Source: an uncultured Holophagales bacterium
Lineage (GTDB): Bacteria; Acidobacteriota; Thermoanaerobaculia; Multivoradales; UBA5704
DNA length: 64,000 nucleotides
Assembly: GCA_963842525.1 (NCBI GenBank)
Contig: CAWJGT010000003.1
Span: forward strand, 1,152,001 to 1,216,000
Reading direction: 5' to 3'
Of this stretch, positions 30,439 to 40,229 are shown in pieces. The translations under genes and the position numbers were made by a program. How positions within the stretch are numbered: position 1 is the stretch's first letter; each line of letters opens with the position of its first letter. The notes under the pieces were generated by a model. It saw only the letters and a program-made list of their open reading frames with translations, made no database searches and had not been told where the DNA came from.

Positions 30439-31765
30439 CTAGGGTGCGTCGACGGGCGCAGCGGGGGACACGGAGGCCGCCGGCTGCTGCGGGAGAGAGG
30501 CGAGGAAGAGGTGGTCCCAGGCGGGCTCGACGGTCGAGACGGCGCCCAAGAGGGACAGCCCCACGCCGGCCGCGCCTTCCAGGAGCCCGGCATCGTCCCG
30601 CCAGGCCTGATCGCCGCTCACGCTGCCGGAGCCTCCAGGACCGGAAGCCGCCGACGCCCACGCCGGGGATGCGAAAGGCGAGGGTCCGCTCGAACCAGAG
30701 CCGCGCGGCGGCGGCGAGCCGCTCTTCGCCGGTCATCTGGTACAGGCGCTGGAAGAGGTGGGCCACGCCCGCGGCGCCATGGCAGAGGCCGGGGTCCTGG
30801 ACGCCGGCGGTCTCCTCCGGGCGTTCGGCGGCGGAGAGGGCGGTCTCGAGAGCGGCGCGCTCCCACGCGGGCTCTCCCGCGCCGCGCGCGGCGACGAGGA
30901 GGGTCGCGGCGACCCCAGGATCGCCGTAGCACCAAGCGATCCGGCAGCGGCGGGTCTCGATGCCCTGCGCCTGGAAATGGGGGAAGCAGTACACGGCTCC
31001 AGGGTCCTGGCGCTGCGCCAGCAGCCAGGAGACGGCGCCCGCGAGGAGGGGGCGGGCCGTGGCGGTGGCGATCCCGGCGCCGCAGATGGCCCCGAGCAAC
31101 GCGACGACGCCGGGGATGCCGTGGGAGGCCCCCAGATTGTAGTAACCCTCGGGGTAGGACTCGCGCTGGTGGGCAGGCAGGGTCTCGGGCGGGCTGAACC
31201 AGGTGAGGCCTTCCGGGGTCTCCTCGGCCAGTTCGGCCAGGCGGTCGACGATGCGTTCGAGGCACGCGGCCGCGGTGGGGCGGGGGAGGCCTTCGAGGGC
31301 GTAGACGCCGAGCCCCACGAGGCCGTTGATGAGGTCGTACTCGCCCGTCCAGGGAGCATGGGCGAGGGCCCCGAGGAGTGCCTCGTCGACCTCGAGGTTG
31401 GCGTCCTCGTCCGCCTCGAAGAGCCTTCCCCGCAGGTGGTCGGAGACCCAGGCGATCCCGGAAAAGCCGGAATAGAGGCCCTCGGTCAGGGGCACTTCGG
31501 CGAGCGTCTGGGTCGCCTGGTCGAGCAGCTCCATGGCGCGGTCGGCCTGCTGCTCTTCGCCGTCGTAAAGAGAGAGGTAGGCGTAGAAGAGCGCCTGGCC
31601 CGCGTTGCCGGAAGCGAGGCTGCTTTGCCAGGCGGCCCTGTTTTCGCCGGTGATTCCTTCGGGAATCCAGCCCGGGACGCGGGGAATGTCCGCTGCGATC
31701 GCCTGGATCGCCTCCAGGGCGCGCGCTGCGAGGTCGCCGTCGAGCAGAGGTTTCCAGTCGCTCAT
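30439..31765 (-). CDS. lanC: LanC-like lanthionine cyclase (frameshift near 30630)
   Basis: GLYSG, DLINGLVG, LGASHGIPG, AWCYGDPG and LCHGAAG (Zn ligands). The last repeat GLLEGAAGVGL lies in ORF 30439..30621. Confidence 0.9.
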
Positions 31766-31837
31766 GGACGGGCCACGATATGGCGGCGGGTCGGGGGAGG
31801 TCAAGCGGAGGGAAAGGACAGCAGGGACAGCCCTGAT

Positions 31838-32285
31838 CTACCGGGGCCGCGGCGGCAAGAGCCCGCCGGAGCCCTGGTGGCACGCCGCTCTCCGGCAGCC
31901 TTTCCCACTGGACCACCCGCGCTCCGTCGGGGGTGCGGACCACCTCGGCCAGGATGGAGCGGCGCCTGCCTTCGAAGCTGGCGGTGGCGATGACCCGATA
32001 CCGATGCGGACCCAGGGGCTCGACGGTGCTCGCAATCAGGCCCTTGCCGAAGGTGCGCGCGTCCACGCCGTGGAAGGCATGGTCGAAGGTCAGATTGTAG
32101 AGGGTCTCGGCCACGACGGCGTCGGAGAGAGCCATCAGCTCCAGGGCCTGCGACTCCTGCCGGACGAGCCGCATCCGGATCTGGAGCGAGGCGGCCAGCA
32201 GGGCCAGCGCGATCGAGAGGAGGGTGACCACGACCAGCGCTGTGAGCAGGGCAAAGCCCGATTCAGCGCGGCGCCGGCTTACCAT
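31838..32285 (-). CDS. GspK/PilX-like minor pseudopilin (3' end uncertain)
   Basis: ESG/FALLTALVVV prepilin-like N-terminus lacking E5; no in-frame stop where one is expected. Confidence 0.6.
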
Positions 32286-32785
32286 CCAGCCCCCAGACCG
32301 GCGCCGCGGGTCGCCACGAGGAGCGTCTCGGTCCGCTCCTGCTCGAACGGACCGCGGGCGGACGGCGCATTGGGCAGGGGATTACGCCGCAGCGCCCGGG
32401 CGCGATAGACGATCCTCACGATGACAAGGCTCGATCCGTCCGCGATGCACTCCCAGGAGCGCACGCCGCGCAGCAAGGGGGTCTCCCCACGCCACAGGAC
32501 ATCTTCTTCCTTGCGGTAGACGGCGGCGCCCGCCGGACCCGGCAGCCGCAGCTCGCTCATCCGCCCGAAAGCATCGCGGAGGATGATGGCTTGTGTCGCC
32601 GCCTGGATGTCGCCGCGCAGGCGGGCGCGGACCAGCGGCAGGGGAGACTCGATCTGCTCGGCCGCGGAGTCGGCGAGCATCTGGGAGGTCTCCATCAGGA
32701 TCTGCGCGGCAAGGGCGAGCGCCAGAGACATCACCACCAGGGCGACGAGCAGCTCGACCAGGCTGAAACCGCTCTCGCGCCTCAC
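32279..32785 (-). CDS. Prepilin-type (GspJ/PilW-like) protein
   Basis: RESG/FSLVELLVAL cleavage/methylation motif. Confidence 0.85.
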   Translation of the reverse strand: MRRESGFSLVELLVALVVMSLALALAAQILMETSQMLADSAAEQIESPLPLVRARLRGDIQAATQAIILRDAFGRMSELRLPGPAGAAVYRKEEDVLWRGETPLLRGVRSWECIADGSSLVIVRIVYRARALRRNPLPNAPSARGPFEQERTETLLVATRGAGLGAGW

Positions 32786-33147
32786 GTGGGAGGCCTCCAG
32801 ATCAGGGTCTCGATCGAGCGCTCTCTGACCTTCCCCTCGATGCGCCAGAGGGTTCGCACGGAGACGCGGTAGAGCCCGGGCGGATGGCCCGCCGGCCCGA
32901 CGTCCACCCAGATCGTCCGGTCGCCGGCCGCATCGATCCGCTGGGAGGCGAGAGGCAGGGCACCGGCCCGTAACGCCTCGAGCGTCCCTTCCAGTCCGTG
33001 GAGCGCTTCCCTCTGCGCCTGCAAGCGGCGCTGGATCCCGGGCTGCTGCGCCACCAGCCCCATCCCCATCAGCAGCGCAATCATGACGATCGTCGTTGCG
33101 ATGAGGGCCTCGATGAGTGTGAAGCCCTGGGTGGAGGAACGGTGCAT
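32782..33147 (-). CDS. Prepilin-type (GspI/PilV-like) protein
   Basis: TQG/FTLIEALIA motif. Confidence 0.85.
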   Translation of the reverse strand: MHRSSTQGFTLIEALIATTIVMIALLMGMGLVAQQPGIQRRLQAQREALHGLEGTLEALRAGALPLASQRIDAAGDRTIWVDVGPAGHPPGLYRVSVRTLWRIEGKVRERSIETLIWRPPT

Positions 33148-33231
33148 GAAAGGAATCCCTGCCCGAGGGTAACACGGCAGGGGAGGACCAAAGAGGGTGT
33201 TTGGAAGACTCTGCTGGGGGCGTCGCCTTGG

Positions 33232-33376
33232 CCCCTCACCCCCGGCCCCTCTCCCATCCGCCCTCCCTTCCCCCCGGGAGAGGGGGAGAAATGCATGATC
33301 AGGAAACTCCTGGGTGCGGGCTCCCCTCTCCCGGGCGGGTGTGAGTGCGGATGGGAGAGGGGCCGGGGGTGAGGGG
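33232..33376. repeat. Palindromic REP-like element, copy 3
   Basis: CCCCTCACCCCCGGCCCCTCTCCCATCCGC...GCGGATGGGAGAGGGGCCGGGGGTGAGGGG. Confidence 0.88.
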
Positions 33377-33481
33377 TCAGGGCTCGCGCAGGAATTTCCA
33401 GACACCCTCTAAAAGGATCGGGGCGGCCGCATGAGGGCCGCCCCGGCTGGACTGACTGCTCTACTGGAGAAACAGGTTGAT

Positions 33482-34030
33482 CTACGACGCCGACTCGCGA
33501 GCGCGCTCGCGGATCGTGCTCCAGATCAGCCAGACACCGATCAGGACGAGGGCGAAGGGCCAGAGGTCCAGGAGCCATTCGATGTCGATGATGAGGTAGC
33601 GGTCGGCGATTGCGAAGGCGCCGATCACGGTCAGGATCAGGCCCGCGGCCAGACCACCCTGGCCCGGCTTCGGGCCCTTGGGACGGTCGAGCAGCCCGAG
33701 GTCCTGGGCATAGCCGTAGTTGATCAGCACCGCCTGCCGGTAGGCGTCGATGATGTTGAAGAGAGCGAAGAAGATCGCCGCGAACACGAAGATCGGACTG
33801 TCGGTCCGATCGGCGAGGCCGATCATGGTGAAAAAGATCAGGAAGAAGGTCAACCCCCGCAGGTAAAGCCCGTTGTAGACATGCCCCACGCCCGGGAAGA
33901 GGGAGAGGAACGCGGCGAGCGAAGGGTTTTTCGCGTCGACCGGCCGGATTGCAGCCGCCGCGGGGTTCGGAATGGGTGGCGGAGGGGCCCCTTCCATCTG
34001 GGGAGGCCAGGGGTTTTCGGCTGGGTTCAT
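33482..34030 (-). CDS. Membrane protein (TM2-like and LiaF/DUF5668-like segments)
   Basis: KNPSLAAFLSLFPGVGHVYNG; LWPFALVLIGVWLI. Confidence 0.75.
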   Translation of the reverse strand: MNPAENPWPPQMEGAPPPPIPNPAAAAIRPVDAKNPSLAAFLSLFPGVGHVYNGLYLRGLTFFLIFFTMIGLADRTDSPIFVFAAIFFALFNIIDAYRQAVLINYGYAQDLGLLDRPKGPKPGQGGLAAGLILTVIGAFAIADRYLIIDIEWLLDLWPFALVLIGVWLIWSTIRERARESAS

Positions 34031-34051
34031 GGCAATCTCCTTTGCGTCTCG

Positions 34052-34693
34052 TTAAGGTTCATCCGGGAACAGGCCCCGGGTCATTTCGGTCACACGGCTT
34101 TTCAAATCCTCGACCGACGTCGAGAGCGCCTCGCGGGTGGCGTCGTAGCGCTCGGTAACTCCCTCGGCCCCTTTGGAGACACCGTCCTCGAGGCGCTCCA
34201 GCGGGATCTCGATCTCGGTCCCGGTCTTTTGCCAGACCTGCCGCAGCTCCTGGGACAGCGAGCCCGCCGCCTTGCGTCCCAGCTCCAGCGGGTCGCCGAG
34301 GAGCTGCATGGCGAGGACGGCCAGGAGATAGCTGGCGGCCACGGCGTAGCGCGAGCTGCGCACCCAGACGGGGAGCTCGCGCGGCGGCGGCTCCCCGGCA
34401 ACGGACGCCTGGCGCGGCAGGTCCCGCAATCGGCTTCTCAGGTGCGGGGGCATGGACAGGGCCGGCATGCGGAGCCGGGGCTCGAGCCCTTCCCCCTCCG
34501 TCGCCGGGATGGAGCGCAATCTCTCCCGCATCCGCTCCGGCAGAGGCAGGCGCACCGCGGAAGCCTTATCCATCGCGGCGGCGAAGGCGGCGCACTCCGG
34601 GCAGCTCCGGCGGTGAGGATGGTCGGCCCCCTGCGCTCCCTGAGGAAGCTCGGCGCGGTAACGGCGGCAGCCCCGGCTCAACCCCCTCAACAT
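34052..34693 (-). CDS. Putative zinc-finger anti-sigma factor
   Basis: HRRSCPEC (HxxxCxxC), one TM segment, overlaps the ECF sigma stop. Confidence 0.7.
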   Translation of the reverse strand: MLRGLSRGCRRYRAELPQGAQGADHPHRRSCPECAAFAAAMDKASAVRLPLPERMRERLRSIPATEGEGLEPRLRMPALSMPPHLRSRLRDLPRQASVAGEPPPRELPVWVRSSRYAVAASYLLAVLAMQLLGDPLELGRKAAGSLSQELRQVWQKTGTEIEIPLERLEDGVSKGAEGVTERYDATREALSTSVEDLKSRVTEMTRGLFPDEP

Positions 34694-35319
34694 GACGCCT
34701 CCCGTGCGGCGGGCTCCGCCTTCGGCGCCCAACGGGAGCGGTATCGCGCCGTCACCCGCTCCGCCAGGTCCAGGCGGGCGCGGTGGAGGCGCGACTTGAC
34801 CGTCCCCACGGGGACTTCCAGATAGACCGCTGTCTCCTCCAGGCTCCAGCCCTGGAGGTCGCGCAGCAGCACCACCTCGGCGAGGTCTTCCGGCATCTCC
34901 TCCAGGGCGCGATAGACCGCCCGCAGCTCCTCCCGGGTCTGCGCCTCCGCCTGGACGTCGTCGACCGCGGGGACGTACCGCAGCACCTCCTCCGACACGG
35001 CGGTCGACCGCCGCTCCTGCCGCATCCGGCGGTAGTGGTCGATGCACAGGTTGCGCGAGAGCCGCAAGGTCCAGGCGACCAGGGGGGCATCCCCCCGGTA
35101 GAGGCGTAGGTTCTGGTACAGACGCAGAAAAATTTCCTGCGTGAGATCCTCCGCCTCCTGGGCCGAGCCGGCGAAGTGGAACGCCAGGTTGTAGAGCTTC
35201 TCGCCGTAGAGATCGAGGATCTCGTCCCAGGCCTCCGCCTGTCCGGCGGCGGCGCGCCGGGCGAGGAGGAGGTCGGGAGTGGGCACGGGCATGAGCATGA
35301 GGGTGTCCTTTCTCTCCAA
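34687..35319 (-). CDS. ECF RNA polymerase sigma factor
   Basis: AEDLTQEIFLR, RNLCIDHYR, GTVKSRLHRAR. Confidence 0.93.
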   Translation of the reverse strand: MERKDTLMLMPVPTPDLLLARRAAAGQAEAWDEILDLYGEKLYNLAFHFAGSAQEAEDLTQEIFLRLYQNLRLYRGDAPLVAWTLRLSRNLCIDHYRRMRQERRSTAVSEEVLRYVPAVDDVQAEAQTREELRAVYRALEEMPEDLAEVVLLRDLQGWSLEETAVYLEVPVGTVKSRLHRARLDLAERVTARYRSRWAPKAEPAAREASC

Positions 35320-35425
35320 GACGAGAGGGAGGGGGAAAAGGTTCGCAGAGCACTGTCTCCTGGCAAATCTTTTGCTTTCTTCAATAGGCTGCTACGCTGG
35401 AAGACCTGAGAGAGGAGGACCGACG

Positions 35426-37027
35426 ATGCGTTGCCGGATGCTCCACCGCCTATCCCTCTTCGCCGCCGCGACTCTCGCCTGGATCGCTGTGGGTGCCGTG
35501 CCCGGCCATGCGGCGGTGCCGGCCGGCTTCACCGACATCCTGGTGACGAGCGTGGGAGCCCCCACCGCCATCACCTTCACCCCGGATGGCCGGCTGCTCA
35601 TCACCCAGAAGACGGGCAGCCTGCGGGTCTTTCAGGGTGGGCTGCTCGGGACGCCGGCGCTCACCATCCCCGCGGCCAGCATCTGCACGGCGTCCGAGCA
35701 GGGGCTCCTGGGCGTCGCCGTCCATCCGTCGTTCGCCTCGAACCGGTTCATCTATCTCTTCTACACCTTCAGCAGCCTGGCGGACTCGGTCTGCGTAAAC
35801 CGGGTCTCCCGCTTCACCCTGCCGGACTCGAACGTCGTCAATCCGGCGACCGAGCTCGTCCTGGTCGACAACATGCCTTCGCCGGCAGGGAACCACAATG
35901 CCGGCGACGTGCACTTCGGCAAGGACGGCTACCTCTACATCTCGATCGGGGAAGGTGGGATCAGCAGCGCGGCGCGCAACCAGCACGTGCTGACCGGCAA
36001 GATCCTGCGCATCACGGACAGGGCGGCATCCCGCCGACCAATCCGTTCCAGGGGGCGGGGACGGCGCGCTGCAACGTCACCGGGAGCACGACGGCTGGCA
36101 ACAGATGTCAGGAGACGTTCGCCTGGGGGTTCCGCAACCCGTTCCGCTTCGCTTTCGATCCCAATGCCGCCGGCACCCGCTTCTTCATCAACGACGTGGG
36201 GCAGGGCACTTGGGAGGAGATCGACGAGGCGCAGGCAGGGGCGGACTACGGCTGGAACTGCCGTGAGGGGGCGCACACCAACAACACCTCGGGCGCCTGC
36301 TCGCCGACCCCGCCGGCGCAGGTCGCCCCGATCTTCGACTACGCGCACGGTGTCGAGCATTCCAGGGACGACAAGCCCCACCAACTGCAACTCGATCACC
36401 GGCGGCGCCTTCGTGCCCAACGGCTGTGGGCGGGCTTCGACGGCTCCTACTTGTTCAGCCGACTTCATCTGCGGCGAGATCTTCAAGCTGACCAGTCCGG
36501 CGCTACTTGGTCGGCCTCAGGATTTTGGCCACGAGTCTGGGCGGCAGAGCGCGGTCCATATGACCTTCGGACCCCATGGCAACGATCAGGCTCTCTACTA
36601 CACCACCTTTGCCGGCGGCGGCCAGGTGCGAGTCATCGCTGCCGCACCTCCACCCGACGACTTCTTCACCCTCACTCCCTGCCGGGTGGCCGACACCCGG
36701 GATGCCGCGGGACCCTACGGTGGGCCCGCCCTTGCCGCGGGCTCGTGGCGGACCTTCGTGCTCAACGGTGTGTGCGGGATTCCGCCGACTGCCAGGGCTG
36801 TAGCGGTCAACCTGACCGTCATTGCTCCGACGGCCGGGGGGCACCTCATTCTCTATCCGGGCGGCACACCCGCGCCGCCGACCAGCACGATCAATTTCGC
36901 CTTGGGAGCGACGCGCGCCAACAACGCCGTGGCCCTCCTGGGAGCGGCTGGAGACGTGGGCGTGCTCAACGGCATGGCCTCCGGCTCCGTGCACTTCGCG
37001 CTCGACGTGGTGGGATACTTCGAGTAA
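35426..37027 (+). CDS. PQQ-dependent glucose/sorbosone dehydrogenase-like protein, copy 1 (several frameshifts, about 36020-36540)
   Basis: EQGLLGVAVHP, NHNAGDVHFGKDG, GKILRI and GFRNPFR in a shifted frame; C-terminal PCRVADTR domain. Confidence 0.8.
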   Translation: MRCRMLHRLSLFAAATLAWIAVGAVPGHAAVPAGFTDILVTSVGAPTAITFTPDGRLLITQKTGSLRVFQGGLLGTPALTIPAASICTASEQGLLGVAVHPSFASNRFIYLFYTFSSLADSVCVNRVSRFTLPDSNVVNPATELVLVDNMPSPAGNHNAGDVHFGKDGYLYISIGEGGISSAARNQHVLTGKILRITDRAASRRPIRSRGRGRRAATSPGARRLATDVRRRSPGGSATRSASLSIPMPPAPASSSTTWGRALGRRSTRRRQGRTTAGTAVRGRTPTTPRAPARRPRRRRSPRSSTTRTVSSIPGTTSPTNCNSITGGAFVPNGCGRASTAPTCSADFICGEIFKLTSPALLGRPQDFGHESGRQSAVHMTFGPHGNDQALYYTTFAGGGQVRVIAAAPPPDDFFTLTPCRVADTRDAAGPYGGPALAAGSWRTFVLNGVCGIPPTARAVAVNLTVIAPTAGGHLILYPGGTPAPPTSTINFALGATRANNAVALLGAAGDVGVLNGMASGSVHFALDVVGYFE

Positions 37028-37042
37028 TCGGGAGGGACGACG

Positions 37043-38641
37043 ATGCCTTGCCGGATGCTCCGCCGCCTGTCCGTCTTTGTCGCCGCGGCTCTCGCCTGGA
37101 TCGCTGTGGGCGCTGTGCCCGGCCGCGCGGCGATGCCGGCCGACTTCACGGATACCCTGGTGACGAGCGTGGGGGTGCCCACCGCCATCGTCTTCACTCC
37201 GGACGGCCGCCTCCTGATCACGCAGCAGACGGGCAGTCTGCGGGTCTATCAGGGCGGGGTGCTGCTCGCGACGCCCGCGCTCACGTTCCCTGTGACCAAC
37301 ATCTGCACGGTGTCGGAGCAGGGGCTCCTGGGCGTCGAAGTCCATCCGGCCTTCACCTCCAACCAATTCATCTATCTCTTCTATACCTTCAAGCAGCCCG
37401 GCGGTACCTGCGTCAACCGGGTCTCCCGTTTCACCCTGCCAGCCTCGAACGTCATCAATCCCGCGACCGAGCTCGTCCTGATCGACAACATGCCTTCAAC
37501 GCACGGCAACCACAACGCCGGGGACCTGCACTTCGGCAAGGACGGCTTTCTCTACGTCTCGATCGGGGAAGGCGGGGTCAGCGAAGCGGCTCGCAACGAG
37601 CACGTCCTGAGCGGCAAGATCCTGCGCATCACGGACAGCGGCGGCATCCCGCCGACCAACCCGTTCCAGGGGCTGGGAACGGCCCGCTGCAACGTCACCG
37701 GGAGCACGACGCCCGGCAACAGGTGCCAGGAGACGTTCGCCTGGGGGTTGCGCAACCCCTTTCGATTCGCGATGGATCCGAACGCCGCCGGGACCCGCTT
37801 TTTCATCAACGACGTGGGGCACGGCGCCTACGAGGAGATCGACAACGGCCAGGCCGGCGCCGACTACGGCTGGAACTGCCGCGAGGCGGCGCACACCCAC
37901 AGCACCACCGGCCAATGCTCGCCGACGCCTCCAGGCATGGTCGATCCGCTCTTCGAGTACACGCACCACACCATCGTCCCGGGGACGAGCAGCACCAACT
38001 GCAACTCGATCACCGGCGGCGCCTTCGTGCCCAACGGCGTCTGGCCGGGATTCGACGGCTCCTATCTGTTCGCCGATTTCATCTGCGGCTCGATTTTCAA
38101 GCTGACCAACGTGGGAGGCGCGTGGTCCGCCTCGGACTTCGTCACCGGCCTGGGTAACGGCAGCGCGGTCCACCTGCTCTTCGGTCCCCACGGCAGCGGC
38201 CGGGCGCTCTACTACACGACCTACGCTGGCGGCGGCCAGGTGCGGCGCATCGCTTTCGAGCCTCCGCCTCTCGTCTTCTTCTCCGTCACCCCCTGCCGCG
38301 TGGCCGACACCCGGAATGCGCCTGGGCCTCAGGGCGGTCCGGCGCTGACAGCGGGTGTCCCACGGAACTTCACCGTCCGGGGAAGCTGCGCGGTCCCCGC
38401 CACGGCCAAGGCGGTGGCAGTCAACGTGACCGTGATCTCGCCCGCGGCCGCCGGGTCCCTGTTTGTCCATCCGACCGATGCCGCGATGCCGGCGGCCAAC
38501 ACGGTCAGCTTCAGGGCGGGCCAGACGCGCGCCAACAATGCGGTCCTGCGCCTGGGAGCCGCCGGTGACCTCCGGGTGCTGTGCAGCATGCCCGGGGGCT
38601 CGGCGCACTTCGCGCTCGACGTGGTGGGGTATTTTGAATAA
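37043..38641 (+). CDS. PQQ-dependent glucose/sorbosone dehydrogenase-like protein, copy 2
   Basis: Intact paralog: GLRNPFR, GADYGW; C-terminal VTPCRVADTR..AVAVNVTV..RANNA..LDVVGYF domain. Confidence 0.88.
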   Translation: MPCRMLRRLSVFVAAALAWIAVGAVPGRAAMPADFTDTLVTSVGVPTAIVFTPDGRLLITQQTGSLRVYQGGVLLATPALTFPVTNICTVSEQGLLGVEVHPAFTSNQFIYLFYTFKQPGGTCVNRVSRFTLPASNVINPATELVLIDNMPSTHGNHNAGDLHFGKDGFLYVSIGEGGVSEAARNEHVLSGKILRITDSGGIPPTNPFQGLGTARCNVTGSTTPGNRCQETFAWGLRNPFRFAMDPNAAGTRFFINDVGHGAYEEIDNGQAGADYGWNCREAAHTHSTTGQCSPTPPGMVDPLFEYTHHTIVPGTSSTNCNSITGGAFVPNGVWPGFDGSYLFADFICGSIFKLTNVGGAWSASDFVTGLGNGSAVHLLFGPHGSGRALYYTTYAGGGQVRRIAFEPPPLVFFSVTPCRVADTRNAPGPQGGPALTAGVPRNFTVRGSCAVPATAKAVAVNVTVISPAAAGSLFVHPTDAAMPAANTVSFRAGQTRANNAVLRLGAAGDLRVLCSMPGGSAHFALDVVGYFE

Positions 38642-38652
38642 AAGCGTCGAAT

Positions 38653-38678
38653 AGGGCGGGGACAAGCCCCGCCCCTAC
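38653..38678 (-). repeat. GTAG-class REP sequence
   Basis: GTAG followed by the hairpin GGGCGGGG-CTTGT-CCCCGCCC, between convergent genes. Confidence 0.7.
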
Positions 38679-39148
38679 TCTTTCTCTTCGACCAGCAGGC
38701 CGAGGAGGTCCGAAGCCGCGATGATGCCGACCACGCGGTCCTCGCGGGTCACCAGCAGCCGGTGGACGTGGTTCTCGACCATGGCTTCGGCGATCTCGGA
38801 GACCGGCGTCTCCTCGCGGACGGTGAAGACCGAGGGAGTCATGATTGCGCCGACGGTCAGCTCCGCTTCGTCCAAACGGAGCTCCTCGAGGTCCTCCCGG
38901 CTCATCGCCTCTTCCCACTCCGCGACGAAGTAGCTCGCGCGGTCGCCGTCCGCACCGTCCTCCTTGACCAGCGCGGTGACGATGTCGGTCACCGACACGA
39001 CGCCGACCAGCTTGCCGGAGCCGTCCTCCACGGGCGCACCCGAGATCTCGTTCTCGACCAGGAAGTTCGCGAGGTCCCGCACCGTCAGGTCGTCTCGTAC
39101 GGTAAGGACCGCAGGGTTCATCAGATCGCTGGCAGTGATCGGCCTCAC
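38675..39148 (-). CDS. CBS-domain protein
   Basis: ISGAPVED..LVGVVSVTD; VHRLLV..VVGII. Confidence 0.9.
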   Translation of the reverse strand: MRPITASDLMNPAVLTVRDDLTVRDLANFLVENEISGAPVEDGSGKLVGVVSVTDIVTALVKEDGADGDRASYFVAEWEEAMSREDLEELRLDEAELTVGAIMTPSVFTVREETPVSEIAEAMVENHVHRLLVTREDRVVGIIAASDLLGLLVEEKE

Positions 39149-39221
39149 GCAGCCTCCGTTCGTTCATTCGCCCCGCAGCAGGGTGGGACGAGCACAAGGG
39201 TACATTAGAATCCGCCCGGCC

Positions 39222-40229
39222 ATGGACAATCTCTGCCATACCCTGGTCGGCGCGGCTCTGGGCAAGGCGGGCCTGGAGAGGCGGACGCCCCTCGCCACCG
39301 CGACGCTGCTGATCGGCGCCAACCTCCCGGACGTGGACGTATTTGCCTACGCCTGGGGAGCGGAGACGGCGCTTGCCTTCCGCCGCGGCTGGACCCACGG
39401 CCTGCCGGCCCTCGTGCTCTGGCCGTTCGTCCTGACCGGGATGATGCTGGCCTGGGACCGGCTTGTCCGCCGAAGGCCACGCCCGGATGCCCCGGATGCC
39501 GAGCCGGCCCGGCCGCGCGCCCTGCTCTTCCTCGCCACGGTCGCCATCCTGACCCATCCGTTCCTCGACTGGCTGAACACCTACGGCATGCGCTGGTGGA
39601 TGCCGTTCCGCAACACCTGGTCGTACGGCGACGCTCTCTTCATCGTCGACCCGTGGATCTGGCTCGCTCTCCTGACGGGCGTCCTCGTCTCGCTCTACCG
39701 GCGGCGGAGGACCCGGCCGCGGCCGGAGCGGCCGGCCCGGGTCGCCCTCGCCGCGGTCGGTGCGTACATCCTCCTGATGGGGACCTCCCAGCTCACTGCC
39801 CGTACCGTGGTGGATTCGGACCTGGCGCGGGCCGGGGAGCCGCCGTCACGGACCATGGCCGGGCCTCTTCCCGTCACGCCGTTGCGCCGCCAGATCGTGG
39901 CGGAGACCGGCGCCGGCTACCTGCTGGGGACGGTGGAGTGGGGGAGGCGCCCCGCCTTCGAGCGCACCGGCGCCGTGCCGAAGAACGCCTCCCATCCAGC
40001 CGTGGCCGCCGCGGCACGCACCCGCGAAGGCGGCATCTTCCTCCACTGGGCCCGCTTCCCCTTCTTCCTCGTCGAGGAGCAACCCCGGAGCTGGATCGTC
40101 TACATGGTGGACGCGCGCTACACGATCAACCCGGGCACCGGCTTCGGGCAGATGCGGGTGGAAGTGCCACGGCCGGCTCTCCCCGCGCTCAATACCGCAA
40201 CAGCGCCGCCACCTCGCCCGCCTGGCTGA
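39222..40229 (+). CDS. Membrane-bound metal-dependent hydrolase (YdjM-like)
   Basis: MDNLCHTLVG, NLPDVD, RGWTH, HPFLDWLNTYG. Confidence 0.85.
   Translation: MDNLCHTLVGAALGKAGLERRTPLATATLLIGANLPDVDVFAYAWGAETALAFRRGWTHGLPALVLWPFVLTGMMLAWDRLVRRRPRPDAPDAEPARPRALLFLATVAILTHPFLDWLNTYGMRWWMPFRNTWSYGDALFIVDPWIWLALLTGVLVSLYRRRRTRPRPERPARVALAAVGAYILLMGTSQLTARTVVDSDLARAGEPPSRTMAGPLPVTPLRRQIVAETGAGYLLGTVEWGRRPAFERTGAVPKNASHPAVAAAARTREGGIFLHWARFPFFLVEEQPRSWIVYMVDARYTINPGTGFGQMRVEVPRPALPALNTATAPPPRPPG

Noticed and set aside
29888-31804. 638-aa LanC with a long C-terminal extension
   Set aside because: Frameshift read-through across the true LanC end and the two precursor genes.
30618-32285. 555-aa pilin-like protein overlapping lanC
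   Set aside because: Only the first 130-150 aa look real; the rest is an off-frame reading of lanC.
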